Assembly: GCA_028023455.1 (NCBI GenBank)
Contig: JAQFVV010000011.1
Coordinates: 2,542,001-2,606,000 of the forward strand
From: Epiperipatus broadwayi
Lineage: Eukaryota; Animalia; Onychophora
Direction: 5' to 3'
DNA length: 64,000 nucleotides
In this document: positions 54,001 to 64,000 of the stretch, one piece after another
How positions within the stretch are numbered: position 1 is the first letter of the stretch
Layout of the letters: every line of letters begins with the position of its first letter
Translations under genes and position numbers: made by a program
The notes under the pieces: generated by a model
What the model saw: only the letters and a program-made list of their open reading frames with translations
What the model was told of the DNA's origin: nothing
Database searches by the model: none

Positions 54001-57000
54001 CATTAATGGTTCAATGTGAATGACTAACTATCTATAGTTTGTATATTTACACAATCATATTATTAATTTCATAAATTATCTATAAACAATTAACAATAAG
54101 TACTAAGCATTTAACTCATCCATTACAAGACAATAATTTTCCAGCACCTTTCTAAAAAAGCAATGAAGAATGTTCATCAGGTTCATCCAATATTATAGGA
54201 TGGTTTACGGTTTTCTTTCTTGTTCACACTTTAACTACAAATAGCTCAATATTTTTTTACCATTCAATAATTGAATACTAATTAATATGGTTTTAGATTT
54301 TTATTTAAATTTAAAAAAAATAAATAAATTCAACCCCAGATTATAAGTATAGTAGGTAAATGTCATAACAACTATAATATATATATATATATAGTTATAT
54401 TTAATAATATTATAATTCGATGTCTGTATTTCTTCAAAGCAATATACGTAATTATATAATTGAATATTTATAAATATTCAGTTATATATATATATATATA
54501 TAGCATAATATAAATTCAATACAAATCTTAGTGTCAGATATATATTAATATCTAATAAATGCTAATACTTGAGAATGATTGATAAACCAATTTATTATAT
54601 ATATAAAAGCTATTTTATGCATGTTAAATAGTTTTGTCTATAAACAAATCTGAAAAAATTTCAGCTCTGATTATTATATGCATAAAACATCGACTATTTA
54701 TTTGCCATAATGCATGAAAAAAGAAAAACAAACCATTTTTCAATATGTATATATTTCAGAAAACGTATTGCAGAACACATTTCAACATGATAATTGAAAC
54801 TGACATAGCTGTACATTTGATTACATATATTTTAATGTGCTTTAATCTATTAACTCATATAAGACAGATCTGGAAGATAAGACAAAACATATAATGTTAG
54901 AATTATAGACTACATGTATATATTCACATTGACTAAATGTTAATAAACAAACACAATTTTGTTCATAATATATTGTAACCTTAAAGTTTGCTTAGATGAC
55001 TATATATATTTATATTCCAATAAATCAATTCATATGTCAAACATGGAGAATAATTTAAGAAGTTAAAATTTAGTGATAGAACTGTTGTTATAGGCTATTT
55101 CTTTAGATAGATCTAAAAAAGAAGAAAAAATCTAATTAATTTTAAGTTAATTTTGTAACTTTATATTTGTTAAATCTATAGATTTTGTATTCCTATTAAT
55201 ATAATTTACTCTTAGCTTAAAATAGAAGTACACATCTGATATAGTTTTTAAAAAAGTAAAGTAAATAGGTACATTAAAACAAACATTTAAAATAATTTGA
55301 TATTTCTATAGTATTTTATAATACAAATGATTATTATAGTTTTCTAATTAATATTTTAAAGCTTTGAGTGTTAAAAGTAAACTTTATTTTCTTTTAGAAG
55401 GGACAAGTATATATGTATGCTGCGTACATGTGATTTATAAACAACCTGCAGTTTTACGATAAAATTTAATGTTCAAAGTTTAATTAAAAGTTAAAACTTC
55501 GTTTCTGTTTTAAAAGGGATCAAATATATGTGTATACTGCAGTTACGCTTTCAATTCTATAAAACTAATAATATAAATAATGAAATATATAATACGATGA
55601 TTTATTCACAGAGCAATTTAAAACTTACCACTCAAAGGTGAAGTAAAAAACAGGGATTTTATTTCAATACCATTTAATATATATATGATAATCGTTAGGC
55701 TATTGTATCAATAATTCCTTATATATGTGTAAGACCTATAATGGGCAGATCTCTTATTAAGCAGGGAGTAAATTTTATCGGAAATGTTCTAATAATTGCA
55801 TAGGCTGATTTATAAGTCTAGGAACAAAAATATGTGGTAGTCATTTCTTTTGTTTATTTGTTTTTAATTTTAATATTAATAAAGTGTTGTATTTTATATA
55901 TACATTGCATTGGGTGTTTTGTTTGCCACAGGGATGTCATACATTTGTAATCTAATTTTAAGAGTCTCTACCTCTCCTTGATCACCGCGCCTAAAAAAAA
56001 AGAAGTAGTATGTGAGTTGGAATGAGTTATGGTGGTTTGAATCATCTATAGATATACACATGCATTATATAAAATTTCCATTCATGTTTAAATAACTAAT
56101 AAATAATTAATTGTTTAAATGTTTTGTGTATATTCATAGTCTGTATATTCATAGTCTTTATTATAATTAATGCAGTTAATTTCAGACTTTTCTATTTAAA
56201 TTTTTAATTACAATCTTCATATTTGGTAACCCTGGCTAACATTAACCTCTTATTAAGTTTTAGCTGAGAACCTGTGAAAGTAAAATAATGTTTAAAAATT
56301 GGAGAGAAATTCTTCTTAAAGTGCAAACTATATGTTAAGGCAAGACTCTCTAATATCAAAATAATCTATTTTGCAAGCAATCCAAAATCTTATATGAATA
56401 GTAGATTAGATAATGATATTTATTAGGATAAGCATCAAATCGGCATTATTGCTATGAATATGAGGCAAATGGCCTCGAAAGTGCTTAGTGTTTAATAATT
56501 TTTGAATCTTTATAGCTTCTCTTTCACGCGCTTCACACGCTTTTAATTTAGTATATAATCCTAATCTAAATCAATTTGTAATTTAAATTCACAGGGCAGC
56601 ATTAAAATAAATGAATATGAAGAATCCATGATTTATTTAATAAACTTTTTAATGATGCAAAATTTTCATACAATTTTTTAAAATAAAAAATGTGATTATC
56701 TGATTTTATTCTCAACAATTATTCTGCTCTATTTATTGCCAAATGACACATTATCCTGACATCCACCCTGTAACTTATAGTATGAAATTTAAAAAGCAAC
56801 ATGGAGGATGTAGTTCATGCTTTTTACCAGCTTGGCCCATGACCTGGAGTTTAAACAAGTTTATTATATATTTGAGTAGAATCAGCTTAATAGTGAACTA
56901 CTAAATGGCTAAACTCCTCCAGCCATTGATAGTCTAATTATCTATCCAACAAATGGGTATCTAATTTTAAATAAAGTATAAAGGTTGAAAATAATCCAGC

Positions 57001-57399
57001 ATTTATCAAATAACTTTCAATGCACTGTCCGTACAAGAAATATGTGATCACAATAACATGCAGTCATAGCCATTGAGCAGGTGTCACATGCATATCAATA
57101 CTAAGTCCATAGTTTATCTTTATCTTTTATGGTATGTAATTGTGGATGAATTATAAAGCCATATATCTTGCATAAGCAAACCCATTGCAGCATATAAAAT
57201 ACATAATTGCAAAGTTTTCCCATGGATTGCTTTTTTCTCATAAGTCAAATGTCTTGTACATATATGTTTAAAATGTGTAATTAATTATTACATTATAATA
57301 ATTAATCCCCAATTGCCACCATAAACTATATAAGACAAAAATAACTCTCCCCTCTCACACCATCTAGTATAAGTTTGAGCAATCAGTATTTACCAGATA

Positions 57400-57760
57400 C
57401 ATATAAAATACCTAAACCCATATTCTTGAATATGATTTCTGACTTTTGTTATCAATGAGGCCTAAGATTCAGACTTAAAAGCAATGCAGATGTGCAAGAA
57501 GCAACTATCTTAAATTCCATTTTACCAATCAAGTTAAAACTTGAAATTTCAAATTCCCCTAAAGTTGTGAATACAACTCGGCCTGCTTTGATTTGAATTT
57601 TACAGATATAATTTAGTTAAAGATGAGCTACGTTCCTTCCAATTACAAAGTCTCATTGATAAAAGCAATAGCTAGAAATTATTCTGTGGATGGAGATTTA
57701 AATGCTAAAGATAGGGTTTTTAGCTGAATCAGATAATAACTGATTACTCATGTTTATACT
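57400..57760 (+). pseudogene. Possible LINE APE-endonuclease remnant
   Basis: Only a GDLNAK motif (~57690) is recognisable. Confidence 0.25.
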
Positions 57761-57937
57761 ATATGGGACTATAGTGGAAATCTATTTTTATAAATTACTT
57801 CTACATATGTTTTTTAAAAAAAAACATACTTCATAATACTTAATTCTGTATGATGTTCAATTTTGTAAAATCTTCTGATCTTTTTTGTATTGCTTTAATA
57901 AAATTTCACTATCTTAAAAAAATTCAATATTTTAATT

Positions 57938-57980
57938 CAATACTCTGATGAAGGCTGTAGGTCAGTCGAAAATATAAAAC
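57938..57980 (+). ncRNA. Orphan hammerhead-like core (stem I not recoverable)
   Basis: CTGATGA(57945-51) A GGCTG TAGGT CAGTC GAAA(57968-71) ATAT. Stem II pairs over 5 bp. Confidence 0.35.
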
Positions 57981-58640
57981 AATAAAGAATAGCAAAGTCA
58001 TTGAACTCAAGTGTGTAAGGATTAAATTTTTTAAGCTCTTAAAAGTTTTAATTCTACAAAGAAATCTTCAAACTGACTATTCCCAGGATGACACTGATCT
58101 ACTTAGTTACTATGAGATAATGCATATGCCTAATACAACACCAATTATGGCAATATAAATTTTAAATCTAAAGCTACTTCAAGAGTTTTTGCAAAGATTG
58201 TAATGTTAATGTAAAAAAAGATATAATTAATAATTTTCATTTAGTAAAATGAATATTAGTTTTGATTCAATTTAAGCATAGATCATAAACTTTAAATGTA
58301 ACAAATGTGATATCAAAAAAACTTTTCAAAGATAATACTAACATTGATAATATGCTTTCTGACTCTGATAGTAATTGACTTTGGCTTTCCATTTTCAGAA
58401 TAATAATTAAGAAACCAATCCCTATCCTTCAAGAGAATTTTGGAATGAAAAAAATATCTGTTAACTGAAGCATAAAAGTTCAGATGTTGATATCTTTAGA
58501 TTATCTGATGAGGTGTGTTGGAGGATTAGCAAACAGTATCTGGTCTCTAGTAATGAATGACATGGCATAAAAAGATATTTATTATTTGGATGACAATAAT
58601 ATTATTCCTACCAACTTATCAGCAAATATTTTCAAAAACA

Positions 58641-58882
58641 AAGGCAAAACTCTCCATACAGTAGTGCCACCCTGTGCCAACCAGAGTAATCAATTGATGC
58701 CAGAAGGCTTATGCATAAAATCCCTATCTAGTGCCTACTCATCCAATATCCCCAGACTAGTTTCTGGCTTGTGGCATCCATTGATTACTCTGGTTGGCAC
58801 ATGGTGGCACTACTGTATGGAGAGTTTTGCTTTTGTTTACAACAATTATGTGCTAGTATAAGAGATGGTGATCATGTGATGT
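58641..58882. mobile_element. Family A fold-back with 14 bp TSD (1 mismatch)
   Basis: TATTTTCA(A/G)AAACA lies at 58627-58640 and 58883-58896. The reverse arm stops inside hammerhead stem II. Confidence 0.85.
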
Positions 58883-59879
58883 TATTTTCAGAAACACAAG
58901 TTTAGTGATAAAGAAGCTACTAAATAAACTTTATTTCATGCTGTTCAGTAATGCATGGAATATTACCATTTTCAACATTATATTGGAAGTAAGCCTCAAT
59001 TTATAAAATCTATTTTAATCAACTCTCTACTAATGAACAAGATGGACAACAGGACTGACCAATTCATAAAGAATTATAAATAACCTTAAAAAAGAACTCA
59101 CTACAGATGAAATATCAAATAAAATCATCCTGAAAAAAATTCCAATTATTATACCACTATCTTGCAGGGACCTTATATATTTTAGATACGTTAAATGACT
59201 GCATATAAAATGAAAGTGTAAAGTGAATTGCAATAAATTTTCTCTGTTAAAACACAGTTATAGTGTGAGGAGCATTTATCAAAATCAGTACCAGTTTTAT
59301 CTCTGCTCTTCTGAAACATTACCAACATTTGATCATCACTCATTTATGTAGTTATTACTAAAATTTTAATTCCATGTAATTCTCATAATTATAATACTTT
59401 CTTAGTTGCTTCTTGCTAAACAGAACTGGAATATTTAGTATATTTCTTCAATGGAAATAAATACTATGCTCTCAATATAAACTTATAATTTTCTTGTAGA
59501 CTAAAATTTACTATTTTTATACTCGCAGATTCATAAATATCCTTTTTCAGATTTAAAAGTGTGTATACATATTTCACTTAGCAATAAATGAGTATCGAAC
59601 AATATTCTATCTGAAGACCAAAATGTTTACTGGAATGACAGATAGATTAATGGCAAAAGGAGAATATATAAAAATAAATACCAACAAAACTGATCGCATG
59701 GTTCTGATGTCTCAGAAACTGATCATCTTTTTTGTTTAGATAACCTATTAAAGCAAAAGCAATTTTTTTCTCACAATAGCTTGGATTGAAAACATTTGTG
59801 AGTGTTTTTAGTTTGGGTAATAGTTTTATAGTTAAAGAAAAAGATAAAAGTTGGATGTTGTAGAATGCTTGTGTATTAA

Positions 59880-60070
59880 ATCTAAAGATGCAGGTGCACT
59901 GCTTCCAAACCCATGGCTTCTCTACTGATGAACACCATAAGTTAGAAAGTAATCTGGGAATATTGTATGGGTCAGGGATCACAAGGCATTACCGTCTATG
60001 ATTTGTTGATTAATAAAGCTTGTAGTAGATGGTATTATGTGAGGAAAATTTTTGCTACTGTTTTTAAACT
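59880..60070 (+). mobile_element. Old family A copy, degenerate hammerhead
   Basis: CTACTGATGAACACCATAAGTTAGAAAGTAATCTGGGAATATTG. Confidence 0.55.
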
Positions 60071-61309
60071 AGAAAACAGATTTGCAAATCCAAGATTTTT
60101 GCATCTATTATTTACATCTTTCCTTTTATATGTAGATCTATAATGTATTTCATCTTTCCCCCTTTTTTTACTAAGATAATCTTAATTTGATCTGTGTTAA
60201 GATCCTTGCTGACTATTTAAAAACAAACAAACATATATATCCCTTATAATCTATTATCATCCCATTGTAGATATATTAGTTTGTTTTTGTATTGTTTCAT
60301 GCTATGGTAGAAAACCGGATCCTGGGGCTTAAAAAACATGTGTTGTAGCTCAGTCTTATTGTATCTAGTGTTTAAACTTTTTATAAACTCTTGAGCAATA
60401 AACTATTCAGCCTTATTTCTTTGCTTGATTAAGTCAGTGATAAAATGGTGGGATTTAAAACTCAAGATCTCTGGATTATGTCACAATTTATCATTTCCAA
60501 TGCTTGAACTTCTAACGAACTCACGACAACAAACTATTCCATTATTTTTTATTCCCAAGAAATTTTGAAAATGCTGATAATGACCTTGTAGATGATTTGA
60601 ATGGTGGTATTCCCTTAATGTCATAATTATAATAAAAAAACTATGACTCAAAATGTTCATTGGTTTACATTGCTGTTTCACATACGATTTACACACAGCA
60701 ATCCTTGTCACATTTAACAATTTCCATTAGTGTTTACTAAATAATTTTTCACTTCAAGATCATCTCTAAAGTCTTTTATAAATTGTGTGATTAAAAAGTT
60801 AAAGTTGTATTTGGTCTGAGAAGTGTATTTATTTAAAGACTGAGATTGCTTGTAGTTGATACCTATTTTATTGGCAGTAAAATACCAAATGTTTGAAAAA
60901 TGTCTTTCACTTTAAAAAAAATGGCATCCACAATGATTTAGATTAGTGGCCATATAGTAGACTTGAAAGTTAAAGATCTAAAAATTACAGCTTGACTATA
61001 GTTTTTTGGATGTTTGAATGTTATATGACCTCCTGAAGAACAAACCATTCTATTACTTTAATGACAATAAGAAATACTGCCTATACAACAATAGAACTAA
61101 ATACTCCTAGAGAGACTGTTTACAGGATATGAGTCAATCTTTACAATTTACTTCCATTATTTAGTAAACTAAAATTAAAATCAAATCTACGTTACATTTT
61201 CTATGCTCCGAGAAACTATTCTCTGGACAGTAATGACTTCAATGACTTTCTAAACGTACAAGTCAAAAGTTAATGTTTTGAGTATTTGATTGAAGTAATA
61301 AATAAGTGA

Positions 61310-61650
61310 TTTGTGTCAATGTTGTGAGGGCAGCACATTTGGCACTTCTTAAATAAACTGTAGTTTCTAGATAGATACTGCACAATGATGAAGATATATG
61401 TAAGAGATTGTGCTCTCGGTCAACTGATGAGTGCTGGTTCAGCACTAAATGTGTATCTTGGTGATCATAGATCTTTTTCACGTCTTTGATCATATGTTTA
61501 TGAATTACATCCCTTCACAAGGTGTTAAAAGTGGATAGAAATCAGTCCCAACCTTATGTGAGAGTGGTGTAGTGAAAATTACAATTTTAGAAATATTATT
61601 CATTATTGGATAATCTTTAGTCTAATGAATGACTAATAAAAAAATAGTAG
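61310..61650 (+). mobile_element. Family B3 copy with mutated hammerhead
   Basis: CAA CTGATGA GTGCT GGTTC AGCAC TAAA TGTGTA TCTTGG; aligns with 23275-23335 and 23780-24015. Confidence 0.8.
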
Positions 61651-63524
61651 TCTCATTCCAACTGTTTAAATATAATTGAATAAACGTCTGTCAGTAAATG
61701 AGAATTTATTTTTAAAAGTTAACAATACTATAAGATAACTCAACTAATTCTTAATTTTTTCTCTATAATGAATTAAAGTTTGTGATTAAAAAATAAGTAA
61801 TTACTTATTACTAACATTTAAAAAATTTTTATATATCTTTTTGAATTAAGAGTAACACATTTTGATAATTACTACTTAAACATTCATTTTTGGATGTTTA
61901 ATTCTGAAATTCGACATTCTCTGAGAAAAATGATACAAATTTTCAAAATAAGTATAATAAAAATATATTGTAAATGGCTTTCAATAATTGATAAAGCAAT
62001 TCAATTCTATTTTTCTTATTTTGCAGCCCTCCAAAACCGTAGACAAAGCGAAATGTCTACTGGTAGAAGGTGGGGGTGGAGATAATCATTAATCATTGTA
62101 AAAACGATGCTCAGAAAATTGCTTGCGTCTATTCATTTAATTAAAACATTTGGTTTCTGTTTTTATGCAGTATTGTTAATTATAACAAACATTCATCTTT
62201 TTTTTTAATAATTTGTCAAAAGCTTTTAGTGGTGCTATTAAAATTAAAACAAAAATGCTTTATAATAAAATATTCAATTGCAAGTATGACACAGTAAGAA
62301 TGATCTAAAAAAATAATTGTCAATAATTTATTTAAGTGACCACAATGATCCCCTTTGTCCTTGTTCTAACCTCTATAAAGTGATTTTCCTAATAGCTTTT
62401 GTCTTTGTAATATCCCCTAGATCATTTTGTAAATTTAATAATAAAGTTTTATCAAACACAAAATATATAAAAAAGTATTTGTTCTCATTTTTTTATTATT
62501 AAAAAGTAAGAAATTTATTTGATCGATACATGAAAAAATATACATAGCAATGCATTACAGCCATAACAGAGAAAATCAGGGTGATCTTGCAAGAGACACG
62601 CATGCTGGATCTTGATCCATGATGCACAATTATTCCAGAGCTAGTGTTACTTTGGCCCAAGTTTCTTGATGCAGCCAGTCAGGAGCCAGCAATTGGTCTC
62701 TGTCCCTAGAACTTTTCAGTAGATTGACGAAGGTATTATTAACGCTGTGATATCCATGTGCTCATTTTAATCCCATATATTATAACATTCTGAACATTGT
62801 TGTTAGTTTTTTATGTTCAGTGTAAGATTGTCATTGTACATTTATGTTCAGTGTCTTTGCTTTGTCCAAAAACATTTCTGCAAATAAGTTGGGATTTCCA
62901 TTGACAAAAGACTGTACAGTGGAGTATTTCCAAAGATATGGGATCCTGCTCTCCCAAAAAGTGTGTTTATGCACAAAGAAGATGCATTCGTGGCAATTTT
63001 TCAGGCCATTAGGGATTTCAGGTCACCAATATGAATAACCCACATTTGTTATTTTGTTTATTGTAGTATAAGTTATTAAATTTATTTAAATTACAATTAA
63101 TTGCATATTTTTGTGTATTTTTTATAGTAATAAAAAAAAGAAGATAAATATTAAATATGATAGCTTCTAGTTAATTTTATTTTCAATATTTATTGGAGGC
63201 CCCTGAAAATGTATAATAAAAAACATAGCTGTCAAGCTTGGGTGATGGTATAATACATAAGTACCAAGCTACCATTCACATATCAGAGTAGACAAAAATA
63301 AACTAATCAAAAGTTTCATTTTTTTAAATAATGGAATAAGTTTGAGAGCATAAAAATGATATAATTTATTTAGAAAACAAATCAGAAAATAATATTGTTA
63401 GTGAACAAACAATGATTGAAAAAAAAAAGTTCAATATGGATCATCAATACAAACAATCCAAAAAAAATTAAATTAGCATTTGCCACTTTGCACACACTTA
63501 TTGAAAGTAATTATTATTATTTTT

Positions 63525-63617
63525 TCATGTGTTGAAGCATCGGCTGGGAAACAAACCCATGAACTCTGGACAACTGCTTAGTAAGGCAGCTGTGCTGACC
63601 ACTCGGCCACCAATGCT
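63525..63617 (-). mobile_element. tRNA-Gly-derived SINE copy
   Basis: Aligns with the 20327-20416 and 35092-35185 copies. Confidence 0.7.
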
Positions 63618-64000
63618 TTTCAATTATTTTTTGATAATTAAATATATTATTTTTAGGCTTGTTTTCTAAATATTATTATGGTTATTTTAATGTTTTCATG
63701 CACATACTATTTTGATGTTTTTTTTAAATTTATCTTATTTAAATTTTGATCATTGCCAACAAAATTTCTCACCAAATTTTGCATTGACCACAATTATTAA
63801 AAATATTTGTTTTGAATCATTGTTGCTCGCTAAATATATTTTTGCTCTCATCACTAATTGAATTTCTAACACAAAAATTATTAATTTCCATTTTTTTTAA
63901 AAAAAATATATTATTCCATGTTTTTTTTTTTTAAGTTATCAGTTTATTTCTGTCTACTCATATATCAGTATAGTGCTTCTACTAATGGATAATATATATG

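Noticed and set aside
55932-56011. Exon-like segment (CAG|...|GTGAGT)
   Set aside because: It has stops in all three frames and no other support.
56740-57260. Possible Gypsy RNase H remnant
   Set aside because: Only a vague FLVRT-like motif is present, too degraded to support a call.

Overview
Very AT-rich eukaryotic DNA, probably from an invertebrate animal (inference from composition and TE types). I find no confidently identifiable host gene, rRNA, intact tRNA or CRISPR array, so this reads as intergenic DNA or a long intron. Most ORFs in the track are repeat or low-complexity artefacts. Ordinary TE content: decayed Tc1/mariner, a decayed hAT transposase and a Charlie-type hAT MITE; RTE, Tx1/L1-like and a third LINE family; and 7 tRNA-Gly-derived SINEs. 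The main signal is a set of short repeat families (my labels A, B, C, D, E, G, H) with a shared architecture: head-to-head inverted (fold-back) insertions with 3' ends pointing outward, unequal arms, and often 10-15 bp target-site duplications (TSDs). Four of them (A, B, C, G) each carry their own minimal type I hammerhead ribozyme with a tiny, mostly palindromic stem III; D has a possible remnant. C and D are physically joined to Penelope-type GIY-YIG coding remnants. I interpret this as a set of non-autonomous, hammerhead-bearing elements mobilised by Penelope-like retroelements (PLEs). It includes a tRNA-head/hammerhead composite (C), a ~100-110 nt tandem hammerhead unit (G) and a structured family with no recognisable ribozyme (E). 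All alignments and folds were done by eye, and boundaries are approximate unless a TSD defines them.
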